A stretch of DNA of 62,585 nucleotides, filler included. It is 8 parts of 8 records of this genome, joined end to end, with 100 filler letters (N's around TTAATTAATTAA, not from the genome) between each part and the next. Parts side by side here need not be neighbours in the genome. Positions count along the whole stretch, not along the records: positions 26,148 to 35,276 come from SRR31147125_114814; positions 35,377 to 43,939 come from SRR31147125_114820; 6 more parts are not named here. One strand, 5' to 3'. Under the pieces are notes generated by a model. It was given only the letters and a program-made list of their open reading frames with translations, had not been told where the DNA came from and did no database searches. The first letter of the stretch is position 1. Each line of letters opens with the position of its first letter. Below are positions 31,751-41,578 of the stretch, piece after piece. A program made the position numbers and the translations under genes.

Positions 31751-33505
31751 TTATTTGACAATGACGGCGTCAAACTTACAGACATCGCGGCAGACACCGC
31801 AGCGAATGCACTTATCCTGCTCAATGATGTGCAGCTCTTTGCTCTTGCCGGCAATACAGTCCAGCGGACAATTGCGTGCACACAGGGTACAACCGACGCA
31901 TTTATCATTGATTTCAAACGTACACAGGTCGCGGCATTTCCCGGCCCGGCATTTTTTATCGAAAATATGCTCTTCATATTCCTTGCGGAAATAGCGCAGG
32001 GTGGTCAGGACCGGGTTTGGCGCGGTCTGGCCGAGGCCGCAGAGGCTGGTATTCTTGATCTGATCGGCCAGGTCCTCCAGGATGTCAATATCTTCGGCCA
32101 CCCCTTTGCCGTCGCAGATGCGGGTCAGGATCTCCAGCATGCGCGTCGTCCCAATGCGGCAGAAAGTGCATTTCCCGCAAGATTCAAGCTGGGTAAAATC
32201 AAGGAAGTATCGGGCCACATCGACCATGCAGGTGGTTTCATCCATGACCACCATGCCGCCGGACCCCATGATGGCGCCGGTTTTAGTGACCTCGTCGTAG
32301 TCAATGCGGGTTTTGAAAAGTTCGCGGGGAACGCATCCTCCGGATGGCCCGCCCAGTTGCACCGCCTTGACCTGGCGACTGGTGCCGGTGCCGCCACCAA
32401 TATCGTGGATGATTTCATCGAGAGTAATCCCCATCGGCACTTCGACCAGGCCGCCATGCTTGATCTTGCCGGCCAGGGCAAAGACCTTGCTCCCCTTCGA
32501 TTTTTCCGTACCATACTGAGCGAAAGCCTGAGCGCCGTGGCGGATGATCCAAGGAACGTTGGCCCAGGTTTCGACGTTGTTGATGGTAGTCGGCTTGCCA
32601 AACAGGCCGGATTCAGCTGGGAACGGCGGACGGATGTTGGGCATCCCCCGCTTCCCCTCGATGGAACCGAGCAGCGCCGTCTCCTCGCCGCAGACAAAGG
32701 CGCCGGCCCCTTCCTTGACATGGACCTCGAAATTGAAGGAAGTGCCAAGGATATTGTTGCCGAGAAAGCCTTTTTCCTCGGCTTGGGCAATGGCCAGATT
32801 CAGGCGTTTGATGGCGAGGGGATATTCGGCGCGACAGTAGACGTAGGCTTCATCCGCCCCGGTAGCAAAAGCACCGATGGCCATCCCTTCGAGAACCGCG
32901 TGAGGATCGCTTTCCAAAGTGGTTCTGTCCATGAACGCGCCAGGGTCGCCTTCATCGGCGTTGCAGACCACATACTTTTTTTCGGCCTTATGGTTATAGG
33001 CAAAGTTCCATTTGAGTCCGGTGGAGAAACCTCCTCCGCCCCGCCCCCTGAGGCCCGAATCGGTTACCTCTTCAATGATCGTTGGTGGATCATTCTCCTG
33101 CAGCACCTTCTCGAGAGCTTTGTAACCGTCTCTGGCCAGGTAATCATCTATCTTTTCAGGGTCGATTATGCCGCAGTTGGCAAGTACTATACGACGCTGT
33201 TTTCCGGCCGCCTGATCAAAATCAAGGGTCCATTCAGATTTCGGTTCTCCGCCCTGCACATGCCCGGAAAGGATCTTTTCCATCCGCCCGGCATCAACCT
33301 GAATATAGAGATGCTCGCGACCGTCTTCATCGATCACCTTGACCTGCGGCTCGCAGTAGCACATGCCAAGACATCCGGTGATGGAGAGGTTCACATCCAG
33401 CCCCGTGTCTATTTTGGTTTTTATAATATCCAGGACGTCATCGGCACCGGCGGCGACGTTGCAGGTGCTCATCCCAACCACTATCGATTTTTTATTGTCA
33501 CTCAC
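31751..33505 (-). CDS. NuoF/HydB-like NADH-binding flavoprotein subunit
   Basis: SGLRGRGGGGF, CNADEGDPGAFMDR, GAFVCGEETAL, ESCGKCTFCRIG; N-terminal thioredoxin-like [2Fe-2S] and C-terminal 2x[4Fe-4S]. Confidence 0.93.
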   Translation of the reverse strand: MSDNKKSIVVGMSTCNVAAGADDVLDIIKTKIDTGLDVNLSITGCLGMCYCEPQVKVIDEDGREHLYIQVDAGRMEKILSGHVQGGEPKSEWTLDFDQAAGKQRRIVLANCGIIDPEKIDDYLARDGYKALEKVLQENDPPTIIEEVTDSGLRGRGGGGFSTGLKWNFAYNHKAEKKYVVCNADEGDPGAFMDRTTLESDPHAVLEGMAIGAFATGADEAYVYCRAEYPLAIKRLNLAIAQAEEKGFLGNNILGTSFNFEVHVKEGAGAFVCGEETALLGSIEGKRGMPNIRPPFPAESGLFGKPTTINNVETWANVPWIIRHGAQAFAQYGTEKSKGSKVFALAGKIKHGGLVEVPMGITLDEIIHDIGGGTGTSRQVKAVQLGGPSGGCVPRELFKTRIDYDEVTKTGAIMGSGGMVVMDETTCMVDVARYFLDFTQLESCGKCTFCRIGTTRMLEILTRICDGKGVAEDIDILEDLADQIKNTSLCGLGQTAPNPVLTTLRYFRKEYEEHIFDKKCRAGKCRDLCTFEINDKCVGCTLCARNCPLDCIAGKSKELHIIEQDKCIRCGVCRDVCKFDAVIVK

Positions 33506-33984
33506 CCGGTTTCTCCTGATTTTTCCAAATCGTCTATTATTTTCGCGGCTTTTTTCCTGTCGAGGCTGCCATAGGTTTTTTCATCCACCATCACTACAGG
33601 CGCCAGGGAACAGCACCCGACACAAGCCACCGATTCGAGGGTGTACTTCATATCCGGGGTATTCTCACCGTCCTTGATCCCGAGTCTGGCTTCGAGAGCC
33701 TCGGTCAGCCCTTCGGCTCCCCCGACATGGCAGGCGGTGCCGTGGCAGACCTTGATGATTTTCTCTCCCACCTGCGCAAGCCTGAACTGGGTGTAGAAAG
33801 TGGCAACGCCATACAACTGGGATTCCGTCATTTCTGTCGTTTCCGCGATTCTCTCGATAGCTTCAAGCGGTACAAAACGGAACTCCTTCTGAACGGCCTG
33901 AAGAACCGGGATCGCCTTGGTCGGATCCTTGCCGACCTCCTCGACAATGGCATCGACCTTTTTGAGATCGCTACAGTTACACAT
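33502..33984 (-). CDS. NuoE/HydC-like [2Fe-2S] subunit
   Basis: GVATFYTQF, VCHGTACHV, VACVGCCSLAP; start after GAAGGAG. Confidence 0.92.
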   Translation of the reverse strand: MCNCSDLKKVDAIVEEVGKDPTKAIPVLQAVQKEFRFVPLEAIERIAETTEMTESQLYGVATFYTQFRLAQVGEKIIKVCHGTACHVGGAEGLTEALEARLGIKDGENTPDMKYTLESVACVGCCSLAPVVMVDEKTYGSLDRKKAAKIIDDLEKSGETG

Positions 33985-34332
33985 TGTGACTCCTTCTTCT
34001 TGAAATACTTGCCGGAGATATTGCGACGTATCAAACTCCCGAAAGCCCATCGAAATACAAAAACCAGCTTTCAGGGAAAAGCCAAACAATAATAAAACAT
34101 TGTTTTATTATTGTAAATAAATTTATTCCCAATGTGCGCTTTTATTTCAACACGCTGATTTTAAATGGATTTTAAGCCAAAGAAACTTAAAACAGAGTAT
34201 TCTGAAAGAAGAGTGGCCTTTGACGAAAAAACAAGCCAAGCGCTTCTTGCCGCTCTTGACCGGCAAGGCGAGGTTTACAGCTTCGAGGATTTCCAGGCGG
34301 CCCATTCACATGGACAGGTCGCCTTCAGGCAA

Positions 34333-34764
34333 TCATGGAAATTCAGGGAACGGCGTGGTGATCTGCCAACCTTTCGGCTTCAGGGAAGAGGGATCGAGGA
34401 CCAGAATCCAAGTCTGGCTGAGATCCTTTTTTTGGACGGTGTTGGAGGGCAGCATAAAGTACTCCATCCGTATGAGGGTCTGATACTCGTTGGGATTGGC
34501 GGTTGGCTCAAATTTAAGAAGCGTCAGGTCAACAATGTTAAGAGCTTCATTCCCGGTAACATCCTCCAGAAACGCTGCTTGATTCTCCTCAACCATAAAA
34601 GAGGCGGCGCCGTAAAAATCCTGCCAGCGGAGACTCTGCATATATTTCTTCAAATCACTTTCAAGTACGGTTTTCTGGTCTACCTGCTGAAAGGCCAGGC
34701 AGCCTGAGCAAACAAGGGCCAGCAAAAGAACCGTCGTTCTAAAGGCATTAGCAAATGCTTTCAA
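34333..34764 (-). CDS. Hypothetical lipoprotein
   Basis: Lipobox-like VCSGC after a hydrophobic stretch; GGAG RBS before TTG. Confidence 0.6.
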   Translation of the reverse strand: MKAFANAFRTTVLLLALVCSGCLAFQQVDQKTVLESDLKKYMQSLRWQDFYGAASFMVEENQAAFLEDVTGNEALNIVDLTLLKFEPTANPNEYQTLIRMEYFMLPSNTVQKKDLSQTWILVLDPSSLKPKGWQITTPFPEFP

Positions 34765-34812
34765 AATAGTCTCCTTTTTTAAGTCTTTATTTCCAACCGG
34801 GTAAACACTTTT

Positions 34813-35276
34813 TTAACCACGGCGACGAATATAGTCGATCAGCTCAAGCGCCAACTCGACTTTGCCAAAGGGCGGTATCAGGTAAAACCCGCTGGCTACC
34901 TCTCCGGCCGCAGCAATCAGATCCCTGGCAATGGCAAGCCCCTCATGGACCCCTTCCTCTCCACTTTTGCCTCGCATGCGCATGCGAACATCCTCAGGGA
35001 TAACAATGCCCGGCACCTCGTTGTGCAAAAACTCGGCATTGCGTTCGCTGACCAGGGGCATGATACCAACAAGTACCGGCACCTTCAAGGAACGCGTCCG
35101 TTTAAGGAGCTCGGCGAGAATTTTTGCACAGAACAGCGGCTGAGTCTGAACAAAGCGGGCACCGGCGGCAAGCTTTTTCCTGAGGCGGCTGAGCTGGTCC
35201 CCCATATCGGTTTCATTGGGGTTGAAAGCTGCTCCGGCCACGAATGATGTCGCAGCCCCGAGATCCGCCCCGTGCA
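34813..35276 (-). CDS. Methylenetetrahydrofolate reductase domain, probably bifunctional homocysteine methyltransferase/MTHFR (YitJ type), 5' partial
   Basis: AAFNPN, KKLAAGARFVQTQP, GIMPLVSERNAEFLHNEVPGI, GFYLIPPF. Confidence 0.85.
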
Positions 35277-35424
35277 NNNNNNNNNNNNNNNNNNNNNNNN
35301 NNNNNNNNNNNNNNNNNNNNTTAATTAATTAANNNNNNNNNNNNNNNNNNNNNNNNNNNNNNNNNNNNNNNNNNNNATCTAATGGATACATCTGGTATAG
35401 GAGTTGACAAGGGTACCTTTGTTC

Positions 35425-35463
35425 AAAAAACACCCCCTTCTATACCATCATAAAAGGGGGTAG
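35425..35463 (-). terminator. Intrinsic terminator
   Basis: accccctt...aagggggt stem with a T tract on the minus strand. Confidence 0.6.
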
Positions 35464-35484
35464 AAACATATACATCAGATCAGA

Positions 35485-36417
35485 TTAAAACTGGCTGATA
35501 AAGAAATCAGTAAAAGCATTTGCCACTTCCAGGGAAAGGTCCTTGCGATCACTGTAAAAACCATAACCGTGAGTTGCCTCCTCAACTATGTATAGCTCTG
35601 CTGAAGCAGCAGACTCGGTATTATCTATTAACTCCTCGACAAGAACTCGTGGAATAGTTGTATCAGCCGTTCCCACAACTGCAAAAACAGGACCTTTATA
35701 GACTTTAATCAAGTTCATCGGGTCCGAAGCTTTCATGTCTTCGTAAAATTGTAAGCCGAGAATCTGCTGTTGTCCCCATGGAGTTGTAAATACATAGGAA
35801 CCTTCAGCTTCGGCAATAGACATCCTTTCATGAAAAACATCATATCCACCTAAAAAGTTTGCATAATCTCCTTTATCGGCGGATGGAGCCAGCAGGGCCA
35901 TTGCACCCCACATTCCCTGGTTTAAATATGATGAGTGAATTGCCAGCCTACCTCCCATACTGTAGCCTAAGATCCCTATTCTGCTTTCATCAATCATATC
36001 ATAATTCTCGATAGCAAATGCCCTAGCAGCATGAATATCTGACAGCATATTGGTAAGGTTATTCTGTATAAAGGACTCTGTACTATCGCCGCAGCCAGGG
36101 AAATCCATACGGATAGAGACGATTCCGGCAGAAGCTAATCGCTCAGCTATCAGCCCAAAACCTCCATTTTCCTGACGGCCGCCCCCATGTCCATGCACGA
36201 CTACTACAAGCGGGAAATTTTCATTCACGTTACTTTCCGGATATACTACAGTGGCCGGAATCATAACTCCACGTGATTCATACATAACATCAGTAGAAAC
36301 AGCAGAATAGAGGTTTTGTCCCAGTTTACCTGCAGATTGTGAAACCTCTGCTACTCCTGCAGCAAAGAGTAGACTTGCGCACACCAGAATTACTAAAAAA
36401 CAGAATCCTTTTTTCAT
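35485..36417 (-). CDS. Secreted alpha/beta hydrolase
   Basis: Spirochaete-style signal (SLLFAAGVAE), HGHGGGR, DFPGCGDS, GYSMGG, GTAD, THG. Confidence 0.85.
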   Translation of the reverse strand: MKKGFCFLVILVCASLLFAAGVAEVSQSAGKLGQNLYSAVSTDVMYESRGVMIPATVVYPESNVNENFPLVVVVHGHGGGRQENGGFGLIAERLASAGIVSIRMDFPGCGDSTESFIQNNLTNMLSDIHAARAFAIENYDMIDESRIGILGYSMGGRLAIHSSYLNQGMWGAMALLAPSADKGDYANFLGGYDVFHERMSIAEAEGSYVFTTPWGQQQILGLQFYEDMKASDPMNLIKVYKGPVFAVVGTADTTIPRVLVEELIDNTESAASAELYIVEEATHGYGFYSDRKDLSLEVANAFTDFFISQF

Positions 36418-36590
36418 TGCTTACACTCCCATAAAATAATTTAATATCAGTTAAATTATAGCATACTTTCATCTATATACAGATCAAATCTGGTGTAGTT
36501 CTCCTCACATTAAATCAATGAGAATTATTAAGTTGTACTTTTTCAAAACAGAAAGTGCACGATCCAAAAAAATATGACTATATTCTCACT

Positions 36591-37334
36591 ATGAGAAATA
36601 TCAGTGGAAAAACAGTACTGGTAACCGGCGGAGCTAAACGACTGGGGAAAGCCTGTGCGCTGGCGCTGGCCGAACAGGGAGCACGCATCATCCTGCACTA
36701 TAACCAGTCGCGAAAAGAAGCCGATGAAACCGCAAAACTCATTGAAAAAAGCGGCTCAACATGCCGTATCGTCCAGTTTGATCTGGCACAAAGTGAAAAC
36801 GTAAACGAGTTTGCCAAAGAAATTTACGGCACACACGGAAATATCGACATTATCATCAACTCGGCATCGATCTTTCCCAGCGATACCATTCATGATGTTA
36901 CGTTAGACAATCTGCACCAAAACCTGGCAGTAAATGCCTTAAGTCCTTTCTTACTGGCCAAAACACTTGCGGAATTAGGCACAGTAAGCGATATCATCAA
37001 CTTTCTCGACACTAAGATCACCGGACCTGACAGCACCCACATTTCGTATCATACCAGCAAACTTATGTTGGCTTCCATGACAAAGCAGCTGGCCAACGAA
37101 CTGGCGCCTGAAACGTGTGTAAATGCCATCGCTCCCGGTCCCGTTCTGGCTCCGGTCAACAAAGATACGACCTACTTGAACGGGCTGAAAAAGTCGGTTC
37201 CCCTGCAGAAAACAGGATCACCGGAAGATATCACCCATGCCCTGCTCTTTCTGCTTACCAACAGCTTTATAACCGGTCAGATACTGTTTATCGATGGAGG
37301 CATGCACCTGCAAGGAGGCGGATATGGGTTCTGA
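36591..37334 (+). CDS. Pteridine reductase-like SDR (FolM/PTR1 family)
   Basis: TGGAKRLG, HYNQS, INSASIF, YHTSK, NAIAPG; heads a pterin operon. Confidence 0.8.
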   Translation: MRNISGKTVLVTGGAKRLGKACALALAEQGARIILHYNQSRKEADETAKLIEKSGSTCRIVQFDLAQSENVNEFAKEIYGTHGNIDIIINSASIFPSDTIHDVTLDNLHQNLAVNALSPFLLAKTLAELGTVSDIINFLDTKITGPDSTHISYHTSKLMLASMTKQLANELAPETCVNAIAPGPVLAPVNKDTTYLNGLKKSVPLQKTGSPEDITHALLFLLTNSFITGQILFIDGGMHLQGGGYGF

Positions 37335-37758
37335 TATCCAAAGGAAAGGCACAACAAGCAAGCGCGGCATCCCCTGGGACTGCATTCAAATCAATGGCCT
37401 GCAGGTACAATGCATTATCGGATTCAATCCCGAAGAGCGCGTTAACAAGCAAATCGTAGAAATTGATATAAAACTCTATACCGATATCTCGGAAGCTGCC
37501 AGAACAGATTCCGTTGAGGATGCCGTCGATTATAAAGCTATCAAAAAACAGGTGCTTGCTATGGTGAAAGCCTCTTCTTTCAACCTGCTGGAGACCCTTA
37601 CCGAACAGGTGGCCGCCATCTGCCTGCAGGACCGGAAAGTAGAGCATGTCACGGTGAAAGTCGCCAAACCGGGAGCTCTGAGCTACGCGCGCAGCCCGGC
37701 CGTCGAAATTACAAGATTGCAAAACAGCACCCGAAAAATCAACACCACCCTGGAATAG
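37324..37758 (+). CDS. folB: Dihydroneopterin aldolase (FolB/FolX family)
   Basis: IIG..PEER..KQ, VDY, FNLLE, KPGAL motifs. Confidence 0.85.
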   Translation: MGSDIQRKGTTSKRGIPWDCIQINGLQVQCIIGFNPEERVNKQIVEIDIKLYTDISEAARTDSVEDAVDYKAIKKQVLAMVKASSFNLLETLTEQVAAICLQDRKVEHVTVKVAKPGALSYARSPAVEITRLQNSTRKINTTLE

Positions 37759-37761
37759 CCT

Positions 37762-38292
37762 ATGAAGTTCTTCATTTCCGTCGGATCAAACATCAAACCA
37801 ATTGAAACCATCAAGCGGTCTGTCGGAACCCTGGCACAGCGACTTCGCATTGACAACACATCAACCTTCTATAAAACCGATCCCGTCGGCATGGTTCCCG
37901 GTTCACCACCATTCGTAAACGGTATGCTGCAGGGAGACACCGAACTGATCCCAATCAACATCTGGAGACTGCTGCGTTCAATCGAGAAGAAGTACGGCCG
38001 CAAACGGGGGGCCGATAAATATGTATCCCGCACGCTGGACCTGGACCTTATTCTCTACGGTGACTGGACCATGCATACACATGAACTTACCATCCCGGAC
38101 AGGCATATTACCGAACGGGATTTTTTAGCGATACCACTTAAGGAGCTGGACCCGAAATTTGTCTTACCGGGCGATTGCCGTAGCATCAGTGATCTGGCTC
38201 CGCATGCGCATACTATGGTTCCTATGCCGGGTTTAACGACCCACATCAGGAGTCAGATTGATATTTACAGGAGACTACATGAATATAGATAG
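37762..38292 (+). CDS. folK: 6-hydroxymethyl-7,8-dihydropterin pyrophosphokinase
   Basis: [35 protein letters not shown]. Confidence 0.9.
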   Translation: MKFFISVGSNIKPIETIKRSVGTLAQRLRIDNTSTFYKTDPVGMVPGSPPFVNGMLQGDTELIPINIWRLLRSIEKKYGRKRGADKYVSRTLDLDLILYGDWTMHTHELTIPDRHITERDFLAIPLKELDPKFVLPGDCRSISDLAPHAHTMVPMPGLTTHIRSQIDIYRRLHEYR

Positions 38293-38836
38293 AGTAAGCA
38301 CCCTCGTTGAGGAGCTGTTAATTGAAATTGGGGAAGATCCGAAAAGAGAAGGTTTGGAGAAGACTCCCCAGCGGGTTGCCAAAGCCTATGAGTTTCTGAC
38401 CCGTGGCTACGAACAGAATCTGCACACCGTTATCAACGATGCCGTATTCGAGTCGGAAAGCAATAACATGGTGATTGTCAAGGATATCGAGGTCTACAGC
38501 ATGTGTGAGCACCATATGCTGCCCTTCTACGGCAAGTGCCATATTGGATATATATCCAACGGGAAAGTGATCGGAGTCAGTAAACTGGCCCGCATAGCCG
38601 ACATGTTTGCCCGCAGGCTGCAGATACAGGAGCGTTTGACGAAGCAAATAGCCCGGGCCGTGATGGATGAACTGCAGCCCGAGGGAGTCGGCGTGGTCAT
38701 GGAGTGCAAGCACATGTGCATGATGATGCGCGGGGTCGAGAAGCAGAATTCGGTCATGACGACATCATCCGTTCTCGGATCGTTTCATGATGATCCCGCG
38801 ACCCGCATCGAGTTTCTGAAACTGGCCGGCAGTTGA
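38279..38836 (+). CDS. folE: GTP cyclohydrolase I
   Basis: [48 protein letters not shown]. Confidence 0.96.
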   Translation: MNIDRVSTLVEELLIEIGEDPKREGLEKTPQRVAKAYEFLTRGYEQNLHTVINDAVFESESNNMVIVKDIEVYSMCEHHMLPFYGKCHIGYISNGKVIGVSKLARIADMFARRLQIQERLTKQIARAVMDELQPEGVGVVMECKHMCMMMRGVEKQNSVMTTSSVLGSFHDDPATRIEFLKLAGS

Positions 38837-38872
38837 TCTACCGACCAGTACAACGCTATAGAAACAAAAAGA

Positions 38873-40801
38873 TTACTCTGAGTAGCCGAACAGCTCCTTA
38901 ACAGCAGCGATATTGCGTTCGTTGAAGAAATCGTTGTCGGCGTACATGCTGTCGATGCGGTCCTTGTAGAACTCGGCCACCTTGTAGCGCACCAGCTTCA
39001 TGGTGGAGTTGATCAGTCCATCATCTTCCGAGAACTCCTTGGGAATAATCTCGAAGGTGGAGGGAATCCACTGCGATGGGATATGATCCTTGATTTTCGG
39101 TTCAAAGACATACAGCGCGGTTTTAATCGCTTCCAGCGCCTGTTTAGCATTAGTGACTCCGGCAGCCTCCAGCATTTTACGGGTCGGCTCTGTCTGCAGG
39201 GTCAGCAGTCCGGTTGTGAAATTTTTATGGTCGTTGTAGACCATTACCTGGCTGACAAAATCACAGTTGTTGATAACAGCTTCCTCTATCTCCTCCGGTG
39301 AGTATTTTTCTCCATCCGGTGAAATCAGCAAGGCTTTGGCACGTCCGGTAACAATCAGGAAGCCGTCATTGTCATAGTAGCCAAGGTCTCCGGTCCACAA
39401 CCAGCCGTCTCTCAGCACCTCATCGCTGGCCTTCTTGTTCTTGAAATAACCCTTCATGACATTATCGCCTTTTATGACTATTTCACCCCGTTCGCCAACT
39501 TTGGCCTCGGTAGTATCATCCGCCATAATGCGGCACTCCACATTGGGTGCAACCATACCGCTGGACCCGAACTTGTGTTTGGCCGGAGCGTTTGAACAGA
39601 TAACGGGAGCCGCTTCAGTCAGACCATATCCCTGGTAGATAGGCATGCCGATGGCGGAGAAGAAATCCTGTTGTCGTACTTCCAGCAGGGCGCCACCGCC
39701 GACGCAGAACTCTATTCTGCTGCCGAATACCTCTTTCAGCTTGGGAAACACAAGGGCGGATGCCAGTTTATAGGGGCAGGCGGTTGCCAGCTTTTTGCCG
39801 AATGAAGGTTCTTTCGATCCATCGCCGATACGCTTTATACCGGCCGCAAGACCTCGTGAAAAAATTCCTTCCACAAAGCTGCCCTTCTCCTTGATGCCGG
39901 CAACCATCTTCTTCATGAAATTTCCCGATATTGCGGGAACCGTCAGCATGAAGTGCGGATTGACCTCTTTCAGGTTCTTGGGCAGGTTGCGGATAATATT
40001 CATGTTGCCGCCGCGCGCGTCCACAAAGTGCATGGTAATACCACGCAGCAGGGAGGCATAGAGTCCGACGGTATGGGCAAATGAGTGGTCCAGGGGCAGT
40101 ACGATCAGTGTTTCGTATATGGCATCTGGCAGACCAAACAGTTCAACAGCGCCGACCGCATTGGCATAGTAGTTCAGATGGGTAAGCATAATCCCTTTCG
40201 GATTACCGGTGGTGCCGGAGGTGTAGCAGATATTGACGGTGTCATTTTCATCAATTGCGTCCTCCACTTTGGCAACCAGCTTCTTGCTGCGTTTCAGGGC
40301 TTTCTCCCCCTCTTGCAGCAGAGTTCCATAGAGGACGATATCCTTGCCACGCTCAAGTTTAAGCTGTTCCTCTATCTCTTTCAGGTTTTTATCTTCATCA
40401 TCCAGGTAGATCAGCAGCGGTTTTTCGGCAAATTCGGGATAGGCCTGGGCAATCTTCTTGATAGTATTGCTGGAGGCGATAAATCCGACCGATTCGGAGT
40501 GATTCACACGAAACGCGATCTCTTCGGGAGTCAGCTTTATTGACATAGGAACCGATATACAGGCCGCTTTGACTACACCGAACTCACTGGCAACCCAGCG
40601 GTGCCTGCCTTCTGCCAGCAAACCGACGGTGTTTTCCTTCTTGAAACCCCTTTTGATCAGGGCGGCAGCTATCAGATCGGACTCCTTATCGACTTCCGCG
40701 AAAGTCCACGGTTTCCATCCATTATCTGTTTTCATGCTGGTATAGGCACGTTCCGGGTAGCGTTCTCCGGCCTCATGCAGCATTTTAATAATTGTTCTCA
40801 T
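38873..40801 (-). CDS. Long-chain fatty acid-CoA ligase (AMP-binding)
   Basis: YTSGTTGNPKG, QGYGLTE, GWLWTGDLG, TGRAK. Confidence 0.92.
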   Translation of the reverse strand: MRTIIKMLHEAGERYPERAYTSMKTDNGWKPWTFAEVDKESDLIAAALIKRGFKKENTVGLLAEGRHRWVASEFGVVKAACISVPMSIKLTPEEIAFRVNHSESVGFIASSNTIKKIAQAYPEFAEKPLLIYLDDEDKNLKEIEEQLKLERGKDIVLYGTLLQEGEKALKRSKKLVAKVEDAIDENDTVNICYTSGTTGNPKGIMLTHLNYYANAVGAVELFGLPDAIYETLIVLPLDHSFAHTVGLYASLLRGITMHFVDARGGNMNIIRNLPKNLKEVNPHFMLTVPAISGNFMKKMVAGIKEKGSFVEGIFSRGLAAGIKRIGDGSKEPSFGKKLATACPYKLASALVFPKLKEVFGSRIEFCVGGGALLEVRQQDFFSAIGMPIYQGYGLTEAAPVICSNAPAKHKFGSSGMVAPNVECRIMADDTTEAKVGERGEIVIKGDNVMKGYFKNKKASDEVLRDGWLWTGDLGYYDNDGFLIVTGRAKALLISPDGEKYSPEEIEEAVINNCDFVSQVMVYNDHKNFTTGLLTLQTEPTRKMLEAAGVTNAKQALEAIKTALYVFEPKIKDHIPSQWIPSTFEIIPKEFSEDDGLINSTMKLVRYKVAEFYKDRIDSMYADNDFFNERNIAAVKELFGYSE

Positions 40802-40820
40802 AACAGCCTCCTTAATGCTT

Positions 40821-41567
40821 TTACTTCTGTAAAGTCAGACTCCAAAGTGTCTGTAATACCGGTTCAAGACGCTCTTTCAGGACCGCCCCGCCTGGTGTGG
40901 TAACATCATCCTCATTCTCCATGATCGCGTAGGGCACTTTGATCCCGTCTATATCCAGCCATCCTGAAGTATCTGGGGCAAGATCAGACCAGTCACTGCC
41001 GCGATAGAGCTTCTCAAGCTTTTCATCGGGCAGGCCATGTTCCAGAATACTGTCGGGTTTGTCGGGATTGAACCTGCCGCGGTTTTTGCGCAGGGACTCT
41101 TCCCACGAGACATTGATATAGAGCACGGCAGCCCGCTGCAGCATCTCCGGGGTCAGGTAGTCGAATGCCCGCTGGAATCCCCCATGCTGAGTACCGCGTG
41201 AGAACTCAACCAGAGTGGTATATCCATTTGCAGCAGTAATTCCATCACGAACCGCTTTCTGTCCATCCAGTCCTATGCGACGGATCAGCAGATCCCAGAG
41301 ATGGATATCGAGAAAATAGCCCTGCGAGTCGGTATAGAGACGGGGCTGACCCATCTCTTCCAGAATCGCGTCCTCCTCGAACCAGGTCCAGAGCATCGGG
41401 AAGTCATCAATCTCATGCAGTTTCCCCACATGCAGACTGCTCTTCCGGATTGTTTCATCCTGCTCTTTCAGAAAGCGAATCACCTCGCTCTTACCCGCTC
41501 CCGGACGTGCCAGAAGCAGGAGTACATCAAAAATTGAATTGCGTTGCATCGAATCGTTTGCCATCAA
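40821..41567 (-). CDS. Uncharacterised P-loop NTPase/kinase-like protein
   Basis: LLLARPGAGKSE Walker A at the N-terminus; co-oriented between phnE and the CoA ligase. Confidence 0.7.
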   Translation of the reverse strand: MMANDSMQRNSIFDVLLLLARPGAGKSEVIRFLKEQDETIRKSSLHVGKLHEIDDFPMLWTWFEEDAILEEMGQPRLYTDSQGYFLDIHLWDLLIRRIGLDGQKAVRDGITAANGYTTLVEFSRGTQHGGFQRAFDYLTPEMLQRAAVLYINVSWEESLRKNRGRFNPDKPDSILEHGLPDEKLEKLYRGSDWSDLAPDTSGWLDIDGIKVPYAIMENEDDVTTPGGAVLKERLEPVLQTLWSLTLQK

Positions 41568-41578
41568 CCTGAACCCTT

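Noticed and set aside
29637-33984. Respiratory complex I or [FeFe]-hydrogenase operon
   Set aside because: No membrane nuo genes and no H-cluster motifs; the large subunit has a GltD-like domain instead.
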